From NCBI RefSeq assembly GCF_021028975.2, contig NC_059436.1:3100001-3164000 (forward strand): DNA of 64,000 bases, given 5' to 3'. Of the stretch, positions 23,479-35,891 are shown one piece after another (the first letter of the stretch is position 1; each line of letters begins with the position of its first letter). This DNA is from Sphaerodactylus townsendi. Lineage: Eukaryota. The notes below the pieces were generated by a model. That model was not told where the DNA came from. It made no database searches and saw only the letters and a program-made list of their open reading frames with translations. Made by a program: the position numbers and the translations under genes.

Positions 23479-23648
23479 TTTTTGAAGAACCGGAAGACCC
23501 CAGCAACCGGTCATTTTTCTCTGAAATCATCTCCTCCATATCGGATGTCAAATTCAGCCATAGTGGCCGATATATGATGACTAGGGACTACCTGTCTGTG
23601 AAAATCTGGGATTTAAATATGGAAAACAGACCTGTGGAAACATACCAG
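23479..23648 (+). CDS. PPP2R2A: PPP2R2A exon 8 ([20 protein letters not shown]...PVETYQ)
   Basis: Translation; acceptor ttgcag|, donor |gtatgc. Confidence 0.97.
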
Positions 23649-25601
23649 GTATGCACAGAAAATCTTCATCCATATGTACCCCCCTCTCTTTTTCGTAGCA
23701 ACACAGTGAACCCAAATAATATGTGTGGAGCTTTAAGTGTCCTTGTTTAACAAATCAACATTAAGTTCAGAAATTACCTTTTGGGTTTATCTATTATGAA
23801 GAAAATAAAAGACATTTTCTGCAAATAAGCTCAAGGCTGTCTTGGACATTGTGTTAAATCATTGTGTTAAACAATTTTGCTAAATCCTGCTTGGTTGAAA
23901 TCCCAAGACCTTCCTATCAAAGCCTCCTGTGGCTCAAAATCTGCTAAGGGCCTTTTCAGAGCAACATTTTAGTATGGCTTAAAGAGCAACAGATGCGAGA
24001 GGAAATGGAAGAATCATCTGTCACGTTTTTAAATGAACCAATTTATTGGAACCAGGTTTTTGTGGATCCGAACTCCAGCATCAGGTGCATAGAGTGTTAC
24101 CACCTTCCTTAAGTAGCATATCGTAGAATGGTAAACAGCAAGTCCCAAAGGCTATGAAATACAAGACGTGCCGTCTGCAAAACTGAAACGCGTACAGTGT
24201 CAGCACAGTGATAATTTACAACAGCAATAACGACACCTGGTTCCCTAGCTTTCCTTTGTGAATTTTTCAAACGGGCATAGGAAGGGAGGCAGAGAACCCT
24301 GGCCTTGACTGTGTCCTAAATAGAAGTAAACTGTACCAAATTGGTGGGTAGGGGGTTAGGGAACAGTCTGTACTTGCACACAAAGGTGTGACTTCAGCCC
24401 TTTAGATCTCAGCCTTTACTCAGCAGTAATAAGCTTCATTCATTCCAGTGGGGCTTGGTTCCTGGTAAGCATGTTTAAGATTGCAGCTCTACAGCCTCCA
24501 CTGTGGCATAATTATCTGGGAGATTCCCAGAGCAAGAAAAGGAACTATCTTGGTCCTTGCGGTGGACTTTTGAAAATCTCTGAGCTGATGTTTGTCAGCA
24601 GATGGGTCTCCCTCCAAAGGGGGCATAGAGGTGCTGTGCCCTCTTACAGTACAACAGCACATAAGCGTTCTGCTTCCCTTGCCGTAAGAATAACTACCTA
24701 AGTTAATAGAGAGTTGCTGTTAAGCATTTCAAACTGAAATCTGACCAGGGGTCGCCATGCAGCTAGTTCAAAAGGGCTTTGGGTTGTACATGTGTGTGTT
24801 AGTGGAAGTACAACCTCCAGTTCCACATAGGAAACTTTTTATAACTGGAAAGCGGTTGAGGCTAGTGTTCCAAAACTTGTTCAGTTTTGTACTGTTAACA
24901 AATGGGTATGGTAAGCGTGAGTGACAGTGATGTCTGTATTTAGAAATTTATGGCTTATGCTTTTCTCTCCAATGGGGACCTGATGGCTTCCCATATTGTT
25001 CTCCCCTCCTCCATTTTATTCTCACATCAATCATGTGAGGTAGGTTAGGCTGGTGGTGAATGGCTGACCTAAGGTCACTCCCAGCAGGTGTTATGGCGGC
25101 AACAGGGTGGATTAAACATAAATCTCTTAGTTCCTGGTGTCACTCTTAACTACAGTGTCACACTGATCAGTAACTTCCAGAAAGCTTCATCATAATACTT
25201 AGCATTTATGCATCACTTTCAGTGTCCAAAGTATTTCCTGTATGTTACCTTGTACTCCTTACAATAGTGCTTCCTGCTGGAAGGTAGGCCTGTATTACCC
25301 ACATCACAGACATGAGGGCTGAGGCTGAGAGAATCACCCGCCTAAAGCCAATTGGGGAGTTTGTGAGATGGGTGACATTTGAGGCAGAGACCCCAACTTG
25401 TTTTCGAAAACCACCGTTTTGCATCAGCTTGTGTGACTGAATAAAGTTTTGATTCTGGAATTCCCCAACCCATGGATATGCGTCTTGGGACAAAAGTACA
25501 GCAGATTCCCTTTATTCAGGATTCAAGTTCTGTTGGGTTAGTCTGTTGGCCTGTATTTCTTTTCTGTACTAAGTGGTGTCTCTCTCCCCGGCTGCTTGCA
25601 G

Positions 25602-25693
25602 GTACATGAATACCTCAGAAGTAAACTTTGTTCACTATATGAAAATGACTGCATTTTTGACAAATTTGAGTGCTGTTGGAATGGGTCAGACAG
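25602..25693 (+). CDS. PPP2R2A: PPP2R2A exon 9 ([30 protein letters not shown])
   Basis: Translation; acceptor ttgcag|, donor |gtaagt. Confidence 0.97.
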
Positions 25694-26207
25694 GTAAGTT
25701 TAATTTAGAGCCTGGTCAGAAGTTGAAAGGGTTCCTTCTTGGTTAAGTAACTTAGAAGCTTAGCGCAGCCCAAAGGTTTTATGCTGTCTTCTTCCCACTT
25801 TAGGCCTAAGCTAGAAGGTTTCTGTGGGTGTGGGGGGTGGGAAAGGGACAGAATAGACTTTAACCTTCCCTGAGTTTCCCCTGAGCTCAAGCAACCCATT
25901 GTTCCAACTTTCTCACACAAGGGGCACCAGAGAGGGAGAAGATATATCTGTAGAGATGTCAGTTTTCATGGTCCATATATATTACTGATTATTTACTGTC
26001 TGGGTAAATTTGTATAAGAATTCAGTGTGCGTATGAAGCATAGCTACAGAGATCTTTCAGTCAGCAGACAAGAACTTCTCTGCATCCCCATCCTGCTACA
26101 GCCCAAAGTGATCCCCAATATACTGCTTCTGGAGGGAAAGGAACAGCACAAGGGTGGAGTGGGAGATTTGGGGCTGCAGAGGGGAATTAATGAAAATCAG
26201 TTTCCCT

Positions 26208-26393
26208 CAGTGGTTCTCAACCTGGGGGTCGGGACCCCTTTGGGGGTCAAACGACCCTTTCACAGCGGTCGCCTAAGACACTCTGCATCAGTGTTTTCCA
26301 TCTGTAAAATGGATAAAAGTTAGGGTTGGGGGTCACAACAACATGAGGAACTGTATTAAAGGGTCGTGGCATTGGGAAGGTTGAGAACCACTG
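26208..26393 (+). mobile_element. SPIN/URR1-like hAT MITE
   Basis: TIR cagtggttctcaacct; internal gacccctttgggggtc and catgaggaactgtattaaagggtcg match the recalled SPIN/URR1 consensus. Confidence 0.85.
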
Positions 26394-26809
26394 AGCAGAG
26401 ACTTTCTGCTCAGAGACTTTCCTAGCCATTGAAGTGGAAATGCCCTGCCCAAAGTTCATTTCTTTATCTACACCTATTATGTACGCATGCACAAGTATAA
26501 CAGCTCACTCTTGCTGTGCTTGAAAAGGTTTAATATTTTACTAACGAAAGTGTTCAGGTTTTTTTATAATGGAAAACCTGTAAAATAGCTGGCTTTTAAC
26601 ATTCACATGATGCATTTTTTTGAAAAATGAGGACAGCTCTTTGACATACAGTTGGGATTTAAATGGTAGACATGTTTTTAACCTTTAATAAACAGTAACA
26701 ATGCTCAACCACGTGGGATAAAGCCCTGTTAGAGCAGCATAATGCTGGAAATGCATTCAGTAATGCTAAACAACTTCCATTTTGTTCTTCTCTCTCTCTT
26801 TGTGTCTAG

Positions 26810-27089
26810 TGTTGTAATGACGGGCTCCTATAACAATTTCTTCAGAATGTTCGATAGGAACACTAAGCGAGACATCACTTTAGAAGCATCCCGGGAAAAC
26901 AACAAGCCCCGCACCGTTTTGAAGCCCCGGAAAGTTTGTGCGAGCGGCAAGCGGAAGAAGGACGAGATTAGCGTTGACAGTCTAGATTTCAACAAGAAGA
27001 TTCTACACACAGCCTGGCACCCCAAGGAAAACATCATTGCTGTTGCCACAACAAACAACTTGTATATATTTCAAGACAAAGTGAATTAG
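26810..27089 (+). CDS. PPP2R2A: PPP2R2A last coding exon ([17 protein letters not shown]...IFQDKVN*)
   Basis: Translation ends QDKVN-TAG, the alpha-type C-terminus; acceptor tctag|. Confidence 0.98.
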
Positions 27090-27850
27090 GGCTAGCATTC
27101 CTAGCAGAGGAGTCCACTTCCTGCATAGTTCAGATAGATGAATCTAGCATTTGTAACTGTTAAACAATAGAGGGATGAAAATGGAGAGTGAGAGAGAAAA
27201 TGGAAGTCCATTGTGGTGATCCTTTTTTTCCCAGTGTTTTAAAAAAACAAAAACAAATGTGCCATATTGATAACACACTTTTATAGATAGCTACATGGAT
27301 GGTCTCTCTCTGTCCTGGGGAGTTCTCCCATGTCTGCTAGCCATTCTGATGAGGGTAGGGCACTTTTTAAATGACTTGTTCCACCATCTTGCCTAATGGA
27401 CTAGAGTTTGACTCTCAGTACTTGGTTCCTCCAGTTTTTATGCCTTCCATTGTGATGACGTCAACCACAAGGGGGGGAAAAGCCTTCAAGTCATGCTGTG
27501 GGATTTAATTGTGTAACCTCATTACTGTATTATTTGTGGCCCTGTTTTATTATTGAATTAACAGCTCATTCTTGCTGTGGCTTGTAGCATTCCTCCTCCA
27601 CCTCCTGGACTCATCCCTTCTCCTTTTAAGCCCCACTCCTAACCCCTTCCCTCAGCCCCGGTGGTGGTATATTGAGAAAAAAAAGCACATGAAATGGGTC
27701 AGTTATAAAGGGCGACTGTATTGCAAAGAGCAAAATGTTTTAATAAACCGTTTGGCTGTAATCACTCCTAGCCATGTCTGGCATTTAAAAAAATGAAAAA
27801 CTTTAGGGGAGAAGAAAAATCTACTGAATAAAAGTGACAAAGAATGGTGA
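27090..27850 (+). other. PPP2R2A: PPP2R2A 3' UTR with candidate polyA signals AATAAA at 27742 and 27827 (end approximate)
   Basis: Follows the stop codon; AATAAA hexamers, with a T-rich tract after the second. Confidence 0.65.
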
Positions 27851-29376
27851 ATTGTTTTTTTTCTTTTTAACCTACCTCTTCATATAAATTCTCATTTTTT
27901 AAAATAATTTAAATGCATGATGATAAAATGTTTTGTCAATGGTTTTAACCAGTATTATATTTCATAAAAGGAGAAGGGAAGGTTTTTTCATTCCTATATG
28001 AAAACTCTCAGATGTCACTTTAGTATTTATTAAGTGTTGGTTGAAAAGCTCTGAAGGATGCTTTTGAATTCTATTATAATATTGAACAGTAATTCATGCC
28101 ATCGCGATAGTCAACCTTCCTTTCTTCTCTTTCCCCTCCCATCTGTTAACATTCAGAATAGGAGTGCATTTGTAGACTACAAATAAGGTTTTATGGGACT
28201 AACCATTTTCCTGTGTTTAATCCCTTTGTTCTAATTTCATTTAATGCCTTGTTTAGGATACAGACTCTTCTCACATGCTTTTTGTTCTTTTTAAAATGTC
28301 GTTGAAATTTCCTGTTGCTAAACAGTATGTCATACAAAATTTAATATAAAACGATTTAAATAGAAAAAAAAATCTACTTTGCGTTCTGAGTGCCCCTATA
28401 TATATTTTTTGTATTTTTGTTGCTACCAGTGACTTGAATGGAAATGTAGTTTTACCTTTTTATGAGTGTTTCTTTCATTCGGCTTTTCAGAATTTGTTGC
28501 CATTAAAGATGAGTTTAAATTCATGGTGATCAGAAAATGTTTCAGGGTCAAAACTCACGTGAGAATATTTTAATAGTGGTTTGTGAGATGTACCACTCTT
28601 AAAGAGTAAAGGTCTTGCCCCTATATTTCACATTGTAGTCTTCATTAAGGCCCCTTTCCTGCATTCAGGCATCACAGTAAACTCCAGTTTGATTGAATCC
28701 TTGTTAATTGTGATGTGGAAATGCATCCCATCTTATCAATGGGTTTTTTGGAACCAAACTGATTTCCAGCTAGGTCTATGACTGCTTATGCAACTTTTGT
28801 ATTGCGTCCAGCCAGTCTTCCACGGGTGAAAAAAAGGAATGAGGAGATCTTAATCATGGGATCAGCATAGACAGAAGCCGTGTGGGAATGAGGCAGTAGT
28901 AGGAAAGAAGCAGTCAATGTAGTGATAGTATTTGGTTGCCGCAAGCTAAAATGTGTTGAGATATGTGGAGGCAGTTTTTGTAGGCAACACAGTTTCCACT
29001 CTGAATCCATGCCACATGACTATCCATCTGTGTGGCTAAACCTTTGTCTAAATTGGTGTCACTGTTTTAAGCCAAATATGCCCTCTGACTTCCTTCAGTG
29101 TTCAAAGGATTTTCTGTTTACCTGGGCTGCTTCTGTTGAGTCCACTACCTACCCGACATTTCCCCTACTGTATAGCATCCTGGAGGTCTTGCCACAGAGA
29201 TGGATGAAAAGTTTTATAATACCAATAACCCACAACAGCATAACAGTGCTTTCCACCTTTGGCAGGTTTACACTGATTGCAAGTTCATATACCGATTGAA
29301 TCTCCCAGACCAGGTTCCAGGAATCATGTTGGTCATAGCTGTAGCTTTTTGTGAAATGCTTGGAATTGCTCTATGT

Positions 29377-29562
29377 CAGTGGTTCTCAACCGTCCTAATG
29401 CCACGACCCTTTAATATAGTTCCTCATGTTGTGGTGACCCCCAATCATAAAATTGGTATATATAAAATATAAAAAGACCGTTTTCCAATGGTCTTAGGCG
29501 ACCTCTGTGAAAGGGCCGTTCGACCCCCAAAGGGGTCGCAACCCACAGGTTGAGAGCCGCTG
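29377..29562 (-). mobile_element. SPIN/URR1-like hAT MITE
   Basis: Same family on the opposite strand; TSD ctctatgt/ctctatgc. Confidence 0.85.
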
Positions 29563-29955
29563 CTCTATGCCAATCCTTGGAAGCACAGAGGACTCAAGAT
29601 GGAGTTTTTCAGAGAGGAGGCAGATCCAGATGCTTTACCCAGTTTCCAGAGGAACAGAATAAACCTTTAGCCCAGATAGCAGGTCAGAAAGTACACAATG
29701 TAGCAACCTTGCCTTATAAGTTGGTCTGATCAGTACTGGGACAAGAGATGTCCTGGGCGTGCTGTGTTTGCCACCTTGAGTTCCATGATGGAAAAAAGAT
29801 GTGATGAAAACATAATTTCTTGTTAGCCACCTTGAGACCTCCATATTGGGCAAGGTATGAATTAAATAATTTGCTTCAGTGATAAAAATGACTACATTGC
29901 AGCTAGATATCTCCTCACACACTTATTTGGGAGCTGGCTTCATTAATGGGGGCTC

Positions 29956-30533
29956 GTGAACAAAAAGAAACACAAACCCAACCTATAAAATAAGCTGGGA
30001 ACCAAAGGGTTGAGAGAAACTGAGGAAATACTAAAACCTTAAGTATATACAAAATATTTATTACACTGAACTAACAAGAATTCAAAACATTTACGACCAA
30101 AATTGTGGAAATTTAATGGAAATATAAATCCAGGAGTTGTATCTGCAATAATACCCCCCAAACACAATAATAGCACATCAACTTACAAATGCTGCCAAGA
30201 TTGACCTGATGCATTTTGACCCAAAGGTCTCCTTCAGAGTTCATAATTTATACACACACACAATTACAAATTTAGTTCAAAAATAACCAAACCAGTAGTC
30301 TCTAGTCAATGTTGGTCTTTATAATTGCTGCAAATAGCAATCTCCACCTGTTTAGGAGTTCATATTCTAAGTAGTGTCAGAGTACTACCAATCTGTCTAT
30401 ACCAGATCAACTTTCACAGTGTGTGGATCCTGTATGGACAGGTAAATAGTACAGTGTAAAAAAATATTTTGTATACATTTAAGATGTTAATATTCCTTGA
30501 GCTTTTCTCAACCCTTTGGTTCCTGGCTTGTTG
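29956..30533 (-). mobile_element. Old inverted-repeat element, probably Penelope-like
   Basis: Diverged inverted arms 29992-30068 and 30452-30529; 10-bp TSD atgggggctc (29946 and 30534); decayed hammerhead-like motif at 30205-30237. Confidence 0.6.
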
Positions 30534-31779
30534 ATGGGGGCTCCAAGAAGACATAGTTCAGAGCTGTAAGGCTGCCTTATTAAACCAGATCTTATTTTGA
30601 AAGTCATTGATAGTGGAATCACCAAGACTAGTGTGCAAAGAAATAAGACTACCCTCAGGGAACAAGGTCAACAATGGACAAGCCAGGTGATTGCAACATT
30701 TTAGGGATGGCACATAGCTAAGTGTTCACCTGAGATTGCCCTTGGGAAATTACAAATCTCTGCATGTGGAAAGCAGATTAGTTGATAAGAGTAGTGGAGT
30801 TTTTAGCCTTGGTGTTATACTGGCTTTGACCCAGTGTTAAGAGGAAAAATTATAATGCACAAAATCTCTGTGTGTCATCGGAGAGGGTAGAAAGGACGGG
30901 ATAAGCCTCAGTGTTCATTTAAGCAAGGTCAAAAACAATCCAAGGAAGGAATATTAACACGTGAAATATATGCAAAATATTTTCATTACACTGTACTATT
31001 AACCTGTCCATACCAGATCAACACACACTGAAAGTGTCGGAGCTGTGTCAATATAGCAATAAAAATGCCAAGTTTTTGGAAGGAGAACAGGGATACATGG
31101 GGTCCTGCATTGTTAAATAATGCAGCCACAAAGGAAGGTATGGCTTCCACATCAGCATTTATCGCTAGTTGGCAGGTGCTTGTCATAGTTGTGTCTATTT
31201 TGTGCATTAATAACAAGGGACTGAATTTGCATGTCTCTAGTCATAAAATGCTACAAGATTGCTGTCTGTTTCGCACAATAAAGGGTAGTTGCATGTTTAC
31301 AGTACTGTAAGCTAATCAGCTTGGAAGGGCTTGCCAATTTGATCCTTAAAACCAGCTATTCCTATGGATCTTGTTTTGTTATGTGATGAGAACTTTTTAG
31401 TTTGAAAGCACCCTGTTCTTCCCGCTCTCCACCCCCCGTTGTAGGCATGTTTGTCATATTACAAGTATCACCAGATTGACGGGCACCATCCCACTATGGC
31501 TGAAGGGTAATACTTCGTGTGTCCTAATCAACTGCCATTAAAATGCAATAAGGAAACACTAACCCAGTTAATTCTTTGCTGATTTATTAATGGCCTTATC
31601 TCAACCTCACCACGTGGTGTATAAGTGGTGCATAATTAGTGCCGAAACAAAAATAAACTGCTTGTTGGGGTAAAACCTCATGAAAAAGAAGACTTGTGGG
31701 AGGGAAGTTGATGGAAAAGCAAGTTTCCCAGCAGAAAGGTATGGGTTCGACCATCTTCCATAGGCAACAGGAAATCCTA

Positions 31780-32640
31780 TCACCTAGGCAACGTCCGCAC
31801 TGACCAAGCACCCTTTGGAACTCGCAACCTGCTTCTCGAATGTGCGCAGGCGTGACAAACCTTTTCTTTAAAAAAAACACCCTTGGCGCGTGCGCAGTAG
31901 GTTAGCAGGAACGCTCGGCGGCGCACGCTCGGCTTGTTGGTCCGCGCGTGCGCAGTATGCGTTGGCCAGCTCAGCCCTGGGGGCGTGTGTGAGAGATGGT
32001 GGGACGTGAGTGAGACATGCGCTTTTGCCGCCACCCCGCTTCCCCCTCTCCTTTTCTCGCGGACGTGAGAGGCGTCAGGGAGGAAAAAGAGGATTAGGGG
32101 GTTAAGGGGCGGTGCCTGCGCGCCGGCGCGTGGGCGTGCCCGTTGGGCGCGTGCGTACAGGAGACCCAGGGGCGGGGCGGTGTGGGGGCGGGGCTCTTCG
32201 CGCACATAGCTCGTCTTGTTTTGGTTGTTATCCTCCCTGCTGCTGTTGCCTCCGACCGGAGAGCTCCGCGGTCGCGACAAGACGCTTCCCTCCCCGCCCC
32301 TCCCGTCGCCATGTCCTCCCCTCAGGACTCGCCTCACCACAACAATAACAACAACCCGCCGCCTGAGGGGACGCCAGCCGAGCCGGGCCTTAACAGTGAG
32401 TGGGGCTTTCTGTTTCATCCCTTTCCTACTTCTGCTGCGTACCTTTCCCTTCAGAGTATGTTACCTCATGCGAGTGAATGGGCCAAAGTTGTATTCGGAG
32501 TTCGTTAATTTTCAAGCGGCCGCGAAGGTACCCCTCCCCCTCTATTCTCAACTTAGTGCGGATTGGTCGGTAGCCGAGCCGTGCGAGATGCTATTGGCCA
32601 ATGGGTAGTGGGAGGCGGTCTTAGTTTGCTTTGCTGGGGG
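31780..32640 (+). promoter_or_regulatory. BNIP3L: BNIP3L CpG-island promoter (NRF1-like, GC-box and HRE-like motifs)
   Basis: High CpG/GC around exon 1. GCGCGTGCGCA at 31886 and 31944; GGGGCGGGG near 32168; GGACGTGAG (ACGTG core at 32004 and 32063). Confidence 0.85.
32311..32395 (+). CDS. BNIP3L: BNIP3L/NIX exon 1 (MSSPQDSPHHNNNNNPPPEGTPAEPGLN)
   Basis: gtcgccATG Kozak context; poly-N tract and GLN|S junction typical of NIX; donor gtgagt. Confidence 0.93.
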
Positions 32641-35244
32641 GGGGGGTAGAATGTTGGAGGGGGGGATTAATTAACAGATCACTTTTTATGTCTCTTTTTT
32701 GTCCCAAGTTAAATGGACTTCAGGGTGAAATGTTACAATGCAGAAATGGGAGGGTGACAGGATAACAATGGGGATCTACAGTTGGGGAATATGATTTTCC
32801 CACTCCCTCCCAAAAGGGGAAGATGGGGATTTGGGATTGGAGTTTGGACCTGGGAGTGCCCTGTGCAGAACTGGACCACTGGTTACATTTTATTTTATTT
32901 GAAAGATTAGCATTTGGTCGTTTCACTTATGATTTCTGAGATAGTATTATTTTTTTAAAAAAAAGTAAAGGGAAGGAGAATTTTTTTTTGTTTTTTTGCC
33001 TTTTTATTGTTTGAAAGATGACCAAGACGATGCATAGGTCCAATGTAAAAGGTGTCCTTGTTCACAGTCTCCGTAAAGTTTTACCAGCTGCTAATAGTTC
33101 TGTTTTGTGATTAATTGTTTCATGGCAGCTGGATTCTCTAAACGTGTACACCATCTAGGCTAGGTTTTCTGGAATTTAGAAATGGAGAATTGCTGTTTAA
33201 GTGGTTGCTAGTTTTGAAAGCATTTGAATTAGGCACGGTAGTCTTGCTAGTGCGTTGCAGGGAAAAATAAAAATGAATCCCTGAAACCTGATGCTACGGT
33301 AAAAACTTGTTTGAATGCTACGAGACTGTTTTTGCTTAAATGTTTGTATGATAGCGATTAGGCAGTAATTTGAAATAACTTGAGTGGTGTAATGGTTTGA
33401 AGCAGTGGTACAAAGCTGCGGAATGTGATTGAGTGTTCAGAAAGTAAAGATAGAAATGAGGTGGGAGATGTGTTTGTATGAGAAGGGACAATTAAATGGT
33501 CTGAAGGTTTCTGTATGAAATAGGGCAGCGTTCCTAAGCATGCTTGAAAATATGGCTCATTGAAATTGACTTCTTAGTAAGCTTGGTTAGGGTTGGGCTT
33601 CTAATAGGTTTTAATACTTAAGGCAGGAATAAGGATCTGATAGATAGCGAGAAGTATTTGAAGCAGGTAAGCAAGACTGAGTGGAATGAGAGAGGAGTGA
33701 ATAGCTGACATGTCCATCGCTTGCAGCTTCTAATATCTGGTAGGTCAACAGCTGAGATGCTTGGGAGGAGCTACAGTGTTTGAGAGTTTATCCAGTGGCT
33801 GAGCAATATTACTGACATGTACTGTTTTCTGTTGTATTAGGGTCTGTCAGCTGGTCCAGGACAGCCTTTTGTTCCCAGAATCAGTTTGGAGGAGGATCCA
33901 GATAACTCTAGTTTGCATTTTGTAACTGTGAAATGATTTTCAGTCACCTCTCATGTTTAACTAGTTTACGTGCGCTGTTGTGCTTGAAAGATATGTAATG
34001 CTTACTTTTCTCCACCCAGTTAGGCATCACCTGATGCAGTGAGACAAATATTCTGGAAACTAGCTCTCAAAATATTTATCCATATAATGAGGCCACTATA
34101 CTTAGGAGATTATTTCACAGTGAAGCACTTGAAGAATGCTGTGTTGTGTTCTTTGAGTTTCCAGGCTAAATCAACTGCTATATTTTCTACACCAATATGA
34201 ACATTACTGTACAATGGCTAAGAAGAACATCATATTTGACTGACAGTCTGTGGGTGCTTAATTGATAGGAACTTTACCTCAACAGGAAGTATTAACTGCT
34301 TTTAAAAGGCGCAGACTGGCAAAGTTTTGTATTTCTAGCTTAAGAAATTTTTAGCCTGTTTTTCACCCATGTAGCACTTTAAATGGCTAACAGTGATAGT
34401 GAAAAAAAGAAATTCTCACCAATGTAAGCAAACAAAACAGCCACTACCAGAAAATATACAGCAGATCCTTCAGCTGAAAAATTCTATCATACGTGGTATC
34501 TTGAAACTTAAAAGAGCAGGCACATTGCTCACCCATGCTGGAACGTCATTCACGATGTGGGAACCCTTACTGAAAATGTTCTGTGTTGAGCAGTGGCAGT
34601 TTTTATGCATTCGTTACAGGGAACAAAATGAAGACTGATTAAAGGATCAAAGTCCCTCCACATAGGTTTGTACTGGGAGAGATGATTCGTTAAGTATGTG
34701 AATCCCAAGCTACAAATGGCTTTAAAAGAACCAGCACCTTGGATTTAGAAGCAAACAGGAAAGCAGTGCTTAAAACAAACCCAGTATGTGCATAGTGGTT
34801 CAGTTCCAACATTAATCAAGATCCTGCATTATTCACCACCTGAAGTTTTCAATTTGCCTTCAAATGCAGCATCACATAGAACATATTACTATAGCTTAGC
34901 CTTGAAGTCACTATAGCATCAACATGGTTAGGACAGCGTAATCTAGATAATATCCATACTAGATAAAGTTGGGAAAAAATGTGTTTTACCCTCCAGAAAA
35001 AGAAACAACATATCCAAAGGCTTAACTGAATCATACAAAGATGAACTAATCCCCTCAGATTTGAATCACTAAGTCCTGTAGATCTGGGGGGAAAAGCAAT
35101 ACACGTGCACATATATAACAGATATAATTCAAAACCTAACCCTTGCCAACTAGCAAGATCTCTGGAATTGGTTTGTTTATTTGTACAGCCTCTTGATTAT
35201 AGCCAGCGAATGCTGCTCTAGAGCAGAGATGGATGCTTCTAGAG

Positions 35245-35891
35245 CAGGGGTCCCCAAACTACGGCCCGGGGGCCAAATGTGGCCCCCTGAAGGCATTTAT
35301 CCGGCCCGCCAGGCATGGCGGCGATGGCTCCATTCATGTGCAGTGGGGGCTCGAGGGAGGGGAGGAACCGGCCCCAACGCCTGTTGATTGCAGTTACATG
35401 ATGGCACCCCCAAATCTCCATGAATTTTCTGACCCAGAGTTGGAAACCTTACATGTGGCAACGCTTCTTCGCTCCGCCTCTTCTTCCTCTTGGCTACTCC
35501 ATGTGTTGCTCTCAGGCTTTCTGTTCCGCCTCACTCCCATTGGCATCAGCCAGGCTGGCGAATCGCTCTCTGGCTGCTAGGGAGGAAAGAACCCAGGAAG
35601 ATACCTGATCCTGGGTTAGATGGAATACTTCATTGGGAAAGTTCTGCTTTTTTTTTTACAGGGGAAGGTATTCCACAGCCTCCCCAACAATATTTGGAGC
35701 CCACCCTGTACTTGACATACTTTGGTCACTGTTCTAAAAATAGACCATGACAGAAAGGCTGAAAGGTGAAATCAAACATTTTACAATCATTTGTGCATAG
35801 GAATTTGTTCATAGTTTTTTTTTAGTCCGGCCCTCCAACAGTCTGAGGGACAGTGAACTGGCCCCCTGTTTAAAAAGTTTGGGGACCCCTG
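35245..35891. mobile_element. Non-autonomous hAT (Charlie-like) element
   Basis: Perfect TIR caggggtccccaaact; perfect TSD ttctagag. Confidence 0.9.

Noticed and set aside
26828-27058. Antisense ORF over the last PPP2R2A exon
   Set aside because: Shadow of the conserved coding strand.
31780-32608. 212-aa antisense ORF and other long ORFs over the BNIP3L promoter
   Set aside because: CpG-island artifact; only 32311-32395 matches NIX.
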